Source of the DNA: Bacteroidia bacterium
GTDB lineage: Bacteria > Bacteroidota > Bacteroidia > J057 > JADKCL01
DNA: 64,000 nucleotides
NCBI GenBank assembly: GCA_046329055.1
Contig: JAXLVK010000014.1
Coordinates: 5,506 to 69,505 of the forward strand
Direction of reading: 5' to 3'
In this document: piece after piece, positions 10,226 to 20,001 of the stretch
How positions within the stretch are numbered: the first letter of the stretch is position 1
Layout of the letters: every line of letters starts with the position of its first letter
Notes under the pieces: model-generated
Database searches by the model: none
What the model saw: the letters and a program-made list of their open reading frames with translations, nothing else
Told to the model about the DNA's origin: nothing
Translations under genes and position numbers: made by a program

Positions 10226-10304
10226 TGTTTTGAAGAATGGCGCGAAATTACGAAGCCATCCGTTGCTTTAATTCACAATCTTGTTCACAGAAAAATGCCC
10301 CGTC

Positions 10305-11831
10305 CTAAGCGACCAGCGACCAGATGAAGTAGGCCGTGGCCCCCATCAAGGCTGAGATCGGGATGGTGATGATCCACGCGACAAGCAAGCGGCGGGTCAC
10401 ACCCCAGCGCACTGCGGAAAGGCGACGCATGGAACCGGCACCCATGATGGAACCCGTCACGGTATGCGTGGTGGACACGGGAATGGACAGGTTTTCGGTC
10501 AGGAAGAGGATGGAGGCACCCGCAGTGTCCGCGACCACACCTTCGAAGGGCGTGACCTTGGTGATCTTGCTGCCCATGGTCTTGATGATCTTCCAGCCGC
10601 CACTCAGGGTGCCCATCGCAATCGCCCCGTAACAGGACAGCGCCACCCAGTTCGGGATATGGCTCGCATCGGGGATCAGCCCCTCCGCCACCAATGCCAC
10701 AGCGATGATACCCATGACTTTCTGCGCATCGTTGCCACCATGACCGATGCAAAATGCCGCAGAGGACACCAGCTGCATCCGGCGGAACCAGCGCTCAGCC
10801 TTGGCCACAGGCATGCCACTCAGGAACATGGTGAAGATGCTCACGATGGAGACGATGCTCATCAAGAGCAGCCATTTGAAGTTGGTGCCATGGAAGACGA
10901 CCTTGAGCCAGTAGGACTTGAAGCTCGACTTCAGGTGCGAAGTGTCCCAGCGTTCCGTCTCCGGCGAACTCTCCGTGATGCGGTGCGCCTCTACGATATG
11001 GCTGGCCACCTTGGTCTTGGCGGCCCCATCTTGGATCTTGGTCGTCAAGGAGGGGTCCACCGTGGTTTCTCCCGCCTTCTTGAGGAAGTTCGTCTTGACC
11101 GTGAACAGCGTCTTGGTCTGGTCTGGATTTCCGCTGGCATCGTTCGCAGGCTTCACCACCGGGGCAAATTCCTTTTCATCCTTGTCCTTGAAGGTGAAGT
11201 CCTTCTTGAGGTCGTCGCTCTTAACCTCGGAATCAAACTGGATGGTATAGACCGTGCCGCCGAGGAAATCCTTCTTGGTTTCGAGGTTGGACCAGACCAG
11301 GAAGGCCATGCCTCCTATGATTGCCAAGCTGATGAACTTCGGATACAGCGCCTTGCGGAAGCTGTGCAGGAACCACAGGCCGATCAGCATTGCCACCAAC
11401 ATGCCCAGCATCGGGGCCAGCAGGATGAAGCTCGCGGCCTTGATGATGGGGGTGGAATTCAGGCTCTGGAATCCGGCAGCGGCGATCGCGGCACCCATCA
11501 ATCCTCCCAGCAAGGTATGCGAGGAGCTGGACGGAATGCCTTTCCACCAGGTCAACAGGTTCCAAATGATGGCTGCGATGAGCCCGGAGATGATAAGTGG
11601 CAGGGTGATGTAGGGCTCCAAGACGGTTTTGGAAATGGTCTTGGCGACACCATGCTCCGTGAAGATGAAAAACGCCACGAAGTTGAACGCGGCGGCCCAG
11701 ATCACGGCTTGTCGTGCTGTGAGCACACGGGTGGAAACGATGGTCGCCACCGAGTTGGCGGCGTCATGGAATCCATTGATGTAATCAAAGCCTAGGGCTA
11801 GGATGATGATTACAACCAATAAAACGGTCAT
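10305..11831 (-). CDS. PiT-family inorganic phosphate transporter
   Basis: Duplicated PiT signature (GFHDAANSVAT; GHGGNDAQKVMG). Multiple TM helices around a central hydrophilic loop. Confidence 0.9.
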   Translation of the reverse strand: MTVLLVVIIILALGFDYINGFHDAANSVATIVSTRVLTARQAVIWAAAFNFVAFFIFTEHGVAKTISKTVLEPYITLPLIISGLIAAIIWNLLTWWKGIPSSSSHTLLGGLMGAAIAAAGFQSLNSTPIIKAASFILLAPMLGMLVAMLIGLWFLHSFRKALYPKFISLAIIGGMAFLVWSNLETKKDFLGGTVYTIQFDSEVKSDDLKKDFTFKDKDEKEFAPVVKPANDASGNPDQTKTLFTVKTNFLKKAGETTVDPSLTTKIQDGAAKTKVASHIVEAHRITESSPETERWDTSHLKSSFKSYWLKVVFHGTNFKWLLLMSIVSIVSIFTMFLSGMPVAKAERWFRRMQLVSSAAFCIGHGGNDAQKVMGIIAVALVAEGLIPDASHIPNWVALSCYGAIAMGTLSGGWKIIKTMGSKITKVTPFEGVVADTAGASILFLTENLSIPVSTTHTVTGSIMGAGSMRRLSAVRWGVTRRLLVAWIITIPISALMGATAYFIWSLVA

Positions 11832-11841
11832 CGGAAAGGGA

Positions 11842-12492
11842 TCAGGTGGTCTTGATCAGGATGGCCTCCAAGGCGAAGGAGAGCTCAGCGAAGTAGCGCA
11901 TGGCGTTGTCGGTGGCGTAGAAGATCTCGCGGAGCTTCAGGACCAGGGTCTGGTCGTAGTCACCGCTGTACAGGGCCGCCATGCCGTGCATGAAGGTCTC
12001 CTCAGCGCGGGACTTGTGCTCTTGGATGGTCTTGATCTTCGCGGCCAGCATCTTCGGCTGACGCAGGGACTTGAGCATGTGGATGGCCTCAGCGGCTGCC
12101 TCTCCGCAGTCCTGGATATCGGCTGCGAGGTCGAGCAACTGTGTCGGGAAGGTCTTGACGTCGTAGAGGATCACCCGGCGGGCGCCTCCATTCAGTTCGT
12201 CCAGGATCCCGTCCAGCGTGGTAGCGAGGCGGTGGATGTCCTCCCGGTCAAAGGGAGTGAGAAAAGTAGCGGTCAATTCCGTGATCACCGTGTGGATCAC
12301 CTGGTCGCCTTTTTCCTCGGCATCGCTCACTTGATCCGCAAACCGACGGCGGGCGTCGGCATCCTTGGCGGTGAGCAGCTCGAAGTAGGCATTTCCAGCC
12401 AACTTGACTTGCTCCGCGTGGGAATCAAAGAGTGGGTAAAACCTCTTGTCCTTGGGCACCAGCTTCTGAATCAGAGAATTGGCGAAGGACAT
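11842..12492 (-). CDS. DUF47-family (PhoU-like) phosphate transport accessory protein
   Basis: Start moved to the ATG at 12492 (MSFANSLIQKLVPKDKRFYPLF). Helical PhoU-like sequence. Ends 10 nt upstream of the PiT gene, the usual pairing. Confidence 0.85.
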   Translation of the reverse strand: MSFANSLIQKLVPKDKRFYPLFDSHAEQVKLAGNAYFELLTAKDADARRRFADQVSDAEEKGDQVIHTVITELTATFLTPFDREDIHRLATTLDGILDELNGGARRVILYDVKTFPTQLLDLAADIQDCGEAAAEAIHMLKSLRQPKMLAAKIKTIQEHKSRAEETFMHGMAALYSGDYDQTLVLKLREIFYATDNAMRYFAELSFALEAILIKTT

Positions 12493-12643
12493 GCGGGAAT
12501 AGGCACCTGTCTGTTTGGATTTTGAATCGCGCTCTTGCACAACTGTAGCTTCTGCGATCATACAAAGAGAAAACTGCTTTATGCAGCACTCCAAATATCG
12601 ACATTACCCTTGAGTCAAATATTTCCGGGATGTTAAATAAATG

Positions 12644-13036
12644 TTACGTCTCAAGGGCACTGTCCCTCAATGCGGTAGGCGAGCCGGACAGGAATTTTCC
12701 ATCAAAAAATACCTGAAGGAATTCATCCAGCTCATTTTCCCAACCTCCGGTGAGCAGCAGGGTATGGGCCTCCGCATCGTCGCGGTCCAAGGGCAAGTCC
12801 TGACAAATGCCCAACACGGTAAGCCCCCATTGCTGCAGGTTGTTGCCACACATGTCCGGCTCATTCATCCAGACCAGAAAGCAGCGTTCCCAGCTCCGCC
12901 CAAACTCCAGGCGCTGCCGACAGCCCCAGCTCCCGGAGCCGCCGTGGGCATGCAGCAGTTCCCAACCATGCCCGTCCATGGCCTGAAAAATCGGCTTCCA
13001 AGCCTCCGGCAAGCCCAATTCTGGATAAGTGATCAT
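12644..13036 (-). CDS. Hypothetical small protein (weak SUKH/SMI1-KNR4-like flavour)
   Basis: The ATG at 13036 overlaps the upstream stop (ATGA). The sequence MITYPELGLPEAWKPIFQAMDGHGWELL looks protein-like. The opposite-strand ORF 12641-13108 was judged non-coding. Confidence 0.5.
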   Translation of the reverse strand: MITYPELGLPEAWKPIFQAMDGHGWELLHAHGGSGSWGCRQRLEFGRSWERCFLVWMNEPDMCGNNLQQWGLTVLGICQDLPLDRDDAEAHTLLLTGGWENELDEFLQVFFDGKFLSGSPTALRDSALET

Positions 13037-14637
13037 GCGCTGGGCAATTGTCTTGCAAATGTACTGGCGTGGGCCTCCAGCATGTGGACCTCCCAACCCG
13101 CAGGGTAGGGTGGCGTGAGCAGGCTGCCGGGCTCCAGGTAGGGATAACTTTCGTCGTAACGCGCCACGACGGTCTGCGACTCGTTCCGGTGGATATGGGC
13201 GCGGTTGATCTGCGTGGATCGCTTCAGCCCCGTCGCCGCCAGCAATTCCCGGAAGGCCTTCACAGTCTCGCCATGGAAATTGGCGACGCGCTGCTTCTTG
13301 TCAGCCACGACCAAGCCCTTCATCAGCTCCGGCTTCTGTGTCGCCACCCCGGTCGGGCAGATGTTCTTGTTGCATTCGAGGCTCTGGATACAGCCCAGCG
13401 AAAGCATGAACCCTCGGGCCGCATTGCAGCCATCCGCCCCGATCGCCAGTGCGCGGTAGATGTCGAATGCCGTCGCGACCTTGCCAGAGGCGATGAGCTT
13501 GATGTCCCGCTTCAGGTCAAATCCCACGAGCGCATCATAAACGAATGCCAATCCATCCCTCAGCGGCCAACCCACACTGTTGCTGAACTCCACGGGCGCC
13601 GCGCCTGTGCCGCCCTCTCCCCCATCCACCGTGATGAAATCCGGCCGGATGCCAGTCTCCACCATGGCCTTGCAGATGGCCAAGAACTCGCTCTTCTGAC
13701 CCAAGCAGAGCTTGAAACCAACGGGCTTGCCCCCGCTGAGCTCTCGCAGCTGCGCGATGAACTGCATCATCTCAATGGGGGTGTGAAATGCGGTATGGTA
13801 GGGCGGAGAGTTCACCGTGGTGCCGGGTGTGACCCCGCGGATGGCAGCAATCTCAGGCGTGTTCTTGGCGGCGGGCAGGATGCCTCCATGGCCGGGCTTC
13901 GCCCCTTGGGAGAGTTTGAGCTCCACCATCTTTACCTCAGGTCGCTGGGCATTTTCTGCAAATGCCTTTGCCGAAAATCCCTCCTTGCCGGGTTCACGCG
14001 CCCCAAAGTAGCCCGTCCCGACTTGGAAGATGATGTCCCCGCCGTTTTCGAGGTGGTACTTGCTGATGCCGCCCTCCCCGGTGTTGTGCGCGAATCCCCC
14101 GATCTTGGCGCCGCCGTTCAGGGACATGATCGCATTGGGGCTGAGGCTGCCATAGCTCATCGCGGAGATGTTCAGGATGCTCGCCGAGTAGGGCTGCTTG
14201 CAGGCCGGGCCGCCGATGAGGATGCGGGGATCCTCCTCCACCGCGTGGTGGTCCAGCGCGGCGATGCTGTGGTTCACCCACTCGTAGCCCTCGGCATAGA
14301 CATCGAGCTGCGTCCCGAAGGGGGCCGTGTCCAGCTCCTTCTTGGCCCGCTGATAGATCACCGACCGATCGATCCGTGAAAATGGCCGCCCATCAATGTC
14401 ACTCTCCACGAAGTACTGGTAGATCTTCGGGCGCAGGAATTCCATGAAATACCGTCCCCGGCCCAGCAAAGGGAAGTTTCTCCGGATCGTCTGCCGCGTC
14501 TGCAACATGTCCATCCATCCCAGCACCAACAGCGGCCCGATCAGCACCAATGAAAACAGGACCGGCCACCAAAAGGGCGCGATTGCCCCGATGGCGATCA
14601 GGACCACGACCGTGAAAACGACAAATTCATTCCGCAT
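13033..14637 (-). CDS. FMN-binding glutamate synthase-family (GltB domain 2-like) protein with N-terminal TM helices
   Basis: LSQGAKPGHGGILP, ITVDGGEGGTGAAP and ASGKVATAFD are typical of the GltS FMN domain family. Confidence 0.85.
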   Translation of the reverse strand: MRNEFVVFTVVVLIAIGAIAPFWWPVLFSLVLIGPLLVLGWMDMLQTRQTIRRNFPLLGRGRYFMEFLRPKIYQYFVESDIDGRPFSRIDRSVIYQRAKKELDTAPFGTQLDVYAEGYEWVNHSIAALDHHAVEEDPRILIGGPACKQPYSASILNISAMSYGSLSPNAIMSLNGGAKIGGFAHNTGEGGISKYHLENGGDIIFQVGTGYFGAREPGKEGFSAKAFAENAQRPEVKMVELKLSQGAKPGHGGILPAAKNTPEIAAIRGVTPGTTVNSPPYHTAFHTPIEMMQFIAQLRELSGGKPVGFKLCLGQKSEFLAICKAMVETGIRPDFITVDGGEGGTGAAPVEFSNSVGWPLRDGLAFVYDALVGFDLKRDIKLIASGKVATAFDIYRALAIGADGCNAARGFMLSLGCIQSLECNKNICPTGVATQKPELMKGLVVADKKQRVANFHGETVKAFRELLAATGLKRSTQINRAHIHRNESQTVVARYDESYPYLEPGSLLTPPYPAGWEVHMLEAHASTFARQLPSA

Positions 14638-14700
14638 GCCACAGATTTACAGCATATCGCGCATTTTTCCAATCTGGAAAGTCTCCGCATCTTTACCCCC

Positions 14701-15801
14701 ATGGCCTGCCCTCGCTTCATCCCCCACTCTGCCCTCAGGACCTTGCTGGCCTTGACTGTTTGCCTCTTGGGGGTGGGGAAGCCTGTGCCGGGACGCTCAA
14801 CTGATCCGCCCGCGATTCCATCAGATTCAATCCATCCAGCACAAGTGTCCAGCGGATATTCCTTTCTGGCAGGCGGGCACTGGTATGGCGCACATGAAAA
14901 CGTGCATTCGCTGCGGGTTGCGTCGTCACTGTACGCTGCAATACCTGCGATCAAGGCAGCCCAACCGGACAGGATTTTCGCCCTCGGTGACGTGGTGAGG
15001 GATGCGGGCGACGTAAGACAAATCCATGGCTTCGTTGACCTTCAGACGGAAATCGGGGTGGGTATCCGTGTCGCACCGGGAAACCATGACCTGAATCGAA
15101 ACGGCTATTTCCGATTCCCACACCGGTTCGGAACAGGGAACACATTTACATATTTCAATGGTGACAGGTTCTTGGTCTTGAATACCGAGATGCTGGTCAA
15201 CAAGCAATCACATGATTTGATCGAGTTTGTGCAGAAGTCATTCGTAGATGTTCCGGAAGGACGGAATCTCTTCGTCTTCACGCACCGACTGGTTTGGGCG
15301 CTCGCGGAGCCGGGATTCTCAGAGATGGACGACTTCGCAAATGAGCCGATCGGGGACAAGGCGCCCTTGGATTCCATCAAAATGCTCTACGATGCCGTCT
15401 GTCGCCATGCGCCATCAGGGAGGATGTGGTGGTTCAGCGGGGATGTGGGGGCGAGTTGGTCCCTGACCTTGTTTGAGGGGCGGAGCCGGGACGGGCTGCG
15501 GCATTTTTATGCAGCGGGCTTGGGTGACAGGCCCGAGGACGCCTTTTGGCGGGTGGATGTGGACAGTTTGGGGGAGGTGAATGTGTCGCCATTTCCCTTG
15601 GTGGATGCAAAGGCATTGGAGCCGCATCAGGATTTGCAGTATTGGCGGGGGAAAATGAAGGAGGTGATGGCGGAGAATCAGGCACCTGGTGGACTGGGTT
15701 TTGGGCGGCTGCTGCAGACGCTATCGCTGTGGATCGGGTTGGTGCTGGGTGCATTGATCGGGGTGCTGGGCATGTATGTGATTCGGCGTCGGAAGCGCTG
15801 A
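14701..15801 (+). CDS. Calcineurin-like metallophosphoesterase with a C-terminal TM anchor
   Basis: Signal-like N-terminus. Motifs GDVVRDAGD, APGNHD and VFTHR. C-terminal helix LWIGLVLGALIGVLGMYVI. Confidence 0.65.
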   Translation: MACPRFIPHSALRTLLALTVCLLGVGKPVPGRSTDPPAIPSDSIHPAQVSSGYSFLAGGHWYGAHENVHSLRVASSLYAAIPAIKAAQPDRIFALGDVVRDAGDVRQIHGFVDLQTEIGVGIRVAPGNHDLNRNGYFRFPHRFGTGNTFTYFNGDRFLVLNTEMLVNKQSHDLIEFVQKSFVDVPEGRNLFVFTHRLVWALAEPGFSEMDDFANEPIGDKAPLDSIKMLYDAVCRHAPSGRMWWFSGDVGASWSLTLFEGRSRDGLRHFYAAGLGDRPEDAFWRVDVDSLGEVNVSPFPLVDAKALEPHQDLQYWRGKMKEVMAENQAPGGLGFGRLLQTLSLWIGLVLGALIGVLGMYVIRRRKR

Positions 15802-15807
15802 GTTGCC

Positions 15808-16719
15808 ATGGGGTTTTCTGCCTACATTGGCCTGACGATTGATCAAGACATGGACATTTTCAACGGCAACAAGAAACTAGAGGAAGTCATTTTTGATGCC
15901 CTCGACTACGCACTGTACTCCCGCCATGATATCCGGGATGTCTTCGTACCCTTCATGGTGCTGCACAGTGGTGGGGAGAGACGGCTCGTGCGCCTGGTTG
16001 GCGGTGGCGATCCCAATGCGGGCTTTGAGCAAATGTTGCGGGGTATGACCGAGTCCTACGACTTTATCGCGACCTGTTGCGAGGGCCGCATGACACATGG
16101 TGACACCAAGCAAGACGCGATCTTTGTCAAGGGATTTGACACCAGCCTGCCGGAGGGATTTCTGTTTGGGCAGCGCTTCCAGGGCATCGAATCCGGCGGC
16201 CCATTCAGGAAGCTGGGCAATCCCGCCCTGTTGAGCAAAACGGAGCCGCTTCCGGTGCCGCTCGTGGCGCGCGACGAGGATGAGGAGTACGATGAGCCGT
16301 ACGTATCGGGCATGGTCGTGAAGGCCCCCCATGGTTCGACCAAAAGGGTCATCGTGGCCAGCCATACCAGTGCCTCGGTGCTGAGCCCGGCGCTCTTTGA
16401 TTTCGTGGTCCAGGCGATATCCAAGGCAGAGCCAGACTTCTCCGGCGAATTCCTCTTCAATTTCGTCCCCGATTCCCTCAAGAACGATGGGCTGAACCGC
16501 TTCATCCTGGACATGCTGCACCAGGATTTGCTGGAGTTCCTGGCAGTAAAGGCTTGGGAATCCAAAACCGGGCACAGACTGCAGATTTCGCTGGAGTTCA
16601 ATGATGGGAAGGGCGAGATCAAGCTGGCACGCACTGGCGGCAACAAATCGGGAGGCGCGTCTGGTGGCAGCAGTGGAAGCACCGCACAAGGGAAAAAACC
16701 GTGGTGGAAGTTCTGGTGA
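15808..16719 (+). CDS. Hypothetical protein (303 aa)
   Basis: Starts 7 nt after the upstream stop. No recognised motif. Gly/Ser-rich tail ends in KKPWWKFW. Confidence 0.55.
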   Translation: MGFSAYIGLTIDQDMDIFNGNKKLEEVIFDALDYALYSRHDIRDVFVPFMVLHSGGERRLVRLVGGGDPNAGFEQMLRGMTESYDFIATCCEGRMTHGDTKQDAIFVKGFDTSLPEGFLFGQRFQGIESGGPFRKLGNPALLSKTEPLPVPLVARDEDEEYDEPYVSGMVVKAPHGSTKRVIVASHTSASVLSPALFDFVVQAISKAEPDFSGEFLFNFVPDSLKNDGLNRFILDMLHQDLLEFLAVKAWESKTGHRLQISLEFNDGKGEIKLARTGGNKSGGASGGSSGSTAQGKKPWWKFW

Positions 16720-16869
16720 GACAGAAACGAGTTCCGAGCGGGAGTGGCACCACCACCCGGCCCTGACTGGCATCAGCTCGTATCCCATTCTAGCCCATTC
16801 AGGCAGCACCGTGGCTGGATGGCACCAAGCCACCCCATCATTGTAGCAGAATGAACACCATTCAAAATC

Positions 16870-18093
16870 ATGAAACCTGAAAACAGCATCTCCAAGTCCA
16901 AGAATGTCCTACTGATCAACTCCGACAGCGAGGCCCTTCCGCCCGAAGTGCAGACATTGATGGCAGATTTCTGCGGGGTCGTCGTGAGGAGCCTTGCCGA
17001 AATCCAAGACGAACTCCGCTCCACGAAGCTCTATTTCTGCGGCGACGCCAGCGGACTGCGAGACCTGGACATGCCCGTTTCCATCATTCAGGAATTTTCA
17101 TCGGGCTTCGAAGGCTCAGCCAATGAACACCATCGCTTGATTTCCCTTGGCAAGGTGCCTGTAGTGGTGCAGGGTGCCGGGGTGTATTTCCGCGAATTCT
17201 TCAATGGGAAGGACCATTTCCACAAGATCAAGGCCGAGCACCAATTCCAGAACCTCACCGATTCTAACAAGCCGGGGACGGCATTCCGCAAGGGGATTTA
17301 CCTCAGCGAGGTCCTGCGGGAAGAGAATCCGGAACAAGGTGAAGGCTACCGGTTCCATCTGCTGCGCTGCTCCAGCAACCTCAGCGGCCCCACTGACAAT
17401 TTCCGGACGACGGACCGCGAGATCGTCCAGGCCATCAATGCAGCGGCTCGGGAGGTCTTCGAATTGGAGACGGCATTGAACCACGTCCTCGCGCAGGTCT
17501 ATGAAAACAAGGCATTGACCGAGACCCAAGGCAAGGAGAAGAAGGCCAAGATCAAGGCGCATTCCGACAAGACCAAGGACATGGCTCCAGAGGGATTGAT
17601 GGCCTTCTGCACGTTTTATGACCCCACGCAGTTCAATCACCTCAAGCCCTCCTCCACCGACCGCTTCGACTGGGTGCGCAATGGGATTAGCGGATTGACA
17701 CGGCTGCATTTCCGGCTCAAGGAAGCTGCGACCGACCCGACCTTGCCCCGCGAATTCAGCGTGACTCTGTATCCGAACTCGGTGTTTTTCGTCCCGCTGT
17801 CCACCAATCGCCTCTATACCCACGAGATCAGGCCCTCCATCTTGAGCGTGGAGCAAATCCCGACCCGCCTCGGCTACGTCGTCCGCTGCTCCAACAAGGA
17901 GGCCTTGCATTCCGGCGGGCAGACTTATGTGAATGAATACGGCGAATTGATCCCACTTGTGCCGATGACCCACGAAGGCATGGTGGATCTGAAGACAAAA
18001 TACCGCGAGGAAAACACCTCGGTCGAGCGCATCGTCTATGGCCCGGTGGATTTCAGCATGAATGAGGGGGATTATGAGCGGCCGATATGGTGA
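16870..18093 (+). CDS. AlkB-like 2OG-Fe(II) dioxygenase-superfamily protein with extra N- and C-terminal regions
   Basis: HxD...H...R arrangement: KIKAHSDKTKD, NRLYTHEIRPS, RLGYVVRCS. Clear paralogy to 18407-19239. Confidence 0.6.
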   Translation: MKPENSISKSKNVLLINSDSEALPPEVQTLMADFCGVVVRSLAEIQDELRSTKLYFCGDASGLRDLDMPVSIIQEFSSGFEGSANEHHRLISLGKVPVVVQGAGVYFREFFNGKDHFHKIKAEHQFQNLTDSNKPGTAFRKGIYLSEVLREENPEQGEGYRFHLLRCSSNLSGPTDNFRTTDREIVQAINAAAREVFELETALNHVLAQVYENKALTETQGKEKKAKIKAHSDKTKDMAPEGLMAFCTFYDPTQFNHLKPSSTDRFDWVRNGISGLTRLHFRLKEAATDPTLPREFSVTLYPNSVFFVPLSTNRLYTHEIRPSILSVEQIPTRLGYVVRCSNKEALHSGGQTYVNEYGELIPLVPMTHEGMVDLKTKYREENTSVERIVYGPVDFSMNEGDYERPIW

Positions 18094-18406
18094 CAGCCCA
18101 CCCTCCTGTCCCGGCGAAGTCGCGGAGCGGAGGCCCAACCCTCCTGTCATGTCGAGCGGAAGCCCAAGGGGCTGAAGCCGAGAACTACGAAGCAACTGCG
18201 AAGCACATCACGAAGACCGCTGAAAAAAACGTCACTGAGTACATCACGAGTGCCGCAGAAAAGGAGCAAAGACGAGTACATCTAGCGCACATAGCTAGCG
18301 TGTTACTGTCCATGCCAGATGTCTCGGCTACGCTCGACATGTCAAATGAAGCAGTTCTCGGCTAGGCTCAACATGACAAAGGCATTCCCAATATCTTGAA
18401 CCCCCA
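18094..18406. repeat. MITE-like or dispersed intergenic repeat
   Basis: Internal inverted copies of the CGCTCGACATGACA motif at 18145-18158 (inverted), 18331-18344 and 18364-18377. Shares blocks, including the exact 13-mer CATCTAGCGCACA (18279-18291), with 41572-41740. Confidence 0.5.
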
Positions 18407-19239
18407 ATGTGGCAGATGAATCCTCCCGCCTTCCATCAACTCCACCTCTCGCTCGGCGAGGACATGTTCGCAGAACTGTCGCAGTCCGCTGCATTAGAGG
18501 ACGTCGCCAAGGGCCGCAAGGGCAATCACCTCGTGGATCCGAGCGCGGCAGGCATTCCCCTTGTGCGCACCACGACGCAATACCATTTGCCTGCGAGCCC
18601 GTTCTTGGAGGTGCATCGCAGGGTAGTAGGGAGCATCCAAGCCGCAGCTGTCAATGCACCGGGGTTGCAAGACAAGCCCATCGCCTTCAACAATGCATTG
18701 ATCGAGATCACGACCACAGCTATACCAGCATGAAGTACCACAGCGATCAATGCCTCGACATCGCAGAGGATTCCTTCATCGCGCTGTATTCCCGCTATGA
18801 AAGCCCGACAGCAATGCGCCCCGGAGACGCCCGCAAGCTGAAAGTCCGCAGCAAATCAGGCGATGCAGAATTCGAATTCGACCTCGCTCACAATTCCGTG
18901 ATCCTGTTCTCCACCGAGACAAATGCGCATTTTCAGCACAAAATCGTCCTCGAACCTGCCAAAGGGGCCACACCCATCCCCGAACGCGGCCGGTGGCTGG
19001 GCATCACGTTCCGGCTGTCCAAGACTTTCATCCATTTCCGGGACGGGAAGCCGTATTTCCCAAATGGAATCGAGCTGCGGCTGGCGGATGCGGAAGAGAG
19101 CAAGGAGTTCTACCGCCTGCGAGGTGCGGAGAATGCAGCGGTCGGGTTTGTGTATCCAGAGGTGGGGTACACGATCAGTGAGGGGGATTTGATGGAGGTG
19201 GAATTTGAAGAAGATTCGCCCCGAAATCCATTGACGTAA
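18407..19239 (+). pseudogene. Frameshifted AlkB-like 2OG-Fe(II) dioxygenase, paralog of 16870-18093
   Basis: The N-terminal part (frame of 18407) stops at 18733. The remainder, with MKYHSDQ (HxD), HFQHKI and RWLGITFRLS, is in the frame of 18409. Both halves align to the upstream paralog. Confidence 0.6.
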
Positions 19240-19250
19240 GTGGCTGAAAT

Positions 19251-19889
19251 ATGCTGATTCCCAGAAACAACACTCCTTGGAAGAAAAGCCGAAAATTCGG
19301 CGACGTGATGGGCGGGCGCACCCATCCCAAGATTGCTGACCGGGTATTCAACCGAAAGCACAACCTGACTGCTCCGACCGAAGGAACTGTACTGCCCATT
19401 TTCATCACGGACAATCCTTCGAGGGACTTCTATTTTCCGATCAGCACCGATGACATTCAGGCTGCATTGGACCGCCTTCCAGCAGAACATACGCAGCATC
19501 TCACCCATGTATGGCTCCAAAAGTTCCGCAAATCGGATTACCAGGAGGGGGAGACGATCCAAGGTTGTTTCATCCGTGGCAGCGGGGTTTGCCTCATTGT
19601 GTTGCATCCCTTCCCCAAGGATCTGAAAATGCGATTTGGGAAGGAAAAGCCGTCCAATAGCAAAGTCAAGTATTATCAGCCATTCGATCCAAGCCTCGGA
19701 GAGGACAAACTGGGATGGTACTTGCTTTGGGATGAGAAGGAAATCCGGAGGTATTACCTCGACAGCCTTCTCCTCTATTTAGTGGGGTTCGCAGTAGCGG
19801 ATTCTCACGGCCTGTACCAGGGCAAAGCCCATGTCGCGAAGTCTGAGAAGTGGGCGGAGAATTATGCCAAGGTTTGGGGGAAAGGGTAA
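19251..19889 (+). CDS. Hypothetical protein (212 aa)
   Basis: Starts 12 nt after the upstream stop. Sequence is protein-like but has no recognised motif. AT-richer composition. Confidence 0.5.
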   Translation: MLIPRNNTPWKKSRKFGDVMGGRTHPKIADRVFNRKHNLTAPTEGTVLPIFITDNPSRDFYFPISTDDIQAALDRLPAEHTQHLTHVWLQKFRKSDYQEGETIQGCFIRGSGVCLIVLHPFPKDLKMRFGKEKPSNSKVKYYQPFDPSLGEDKLGWYLLWDEKEIRRYYLDSLLLYLVGFAVADSHGLYQGKAHVAKSEKWAENYAKVWGKG

Positions 19890-20001
19890 CGGAATTCAAG
19901 GGCATCGCGGATGAAAGCTATAGCACCAAGTTTTTCGATTGACGAAGTAATCGGTCAGTACAATCAGCAAGGCAAATGGCTCCATCCCCAATCCATGCCG
20001 C

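Noticed and set aside
10800-11300. Large hydrophilic insertion in the PiT phosphate transporter
   Set aside because: PiT-family proteins normally have a large central hydrophilic loop between the two homologous halves, so this is not evidence of a novel fusion.
12641-13108. 155-aa plus-strand ORF opposite the small coupled gene
   Set aside because: The minus-strand ORF has an ATGA-coupled start and a more protein-like sequence. The plus-strand product is Pro/Ala/Gln-rich and runs into the GltS-like gene in antisense.
18087-18365. 92-aa ORF between the dioxygenase paralogs
   Set aside because: It lies entirely within the MITE-like repeat, and its blocks recur non-codingly at 41572-41740. It has no start context or protein-like features.
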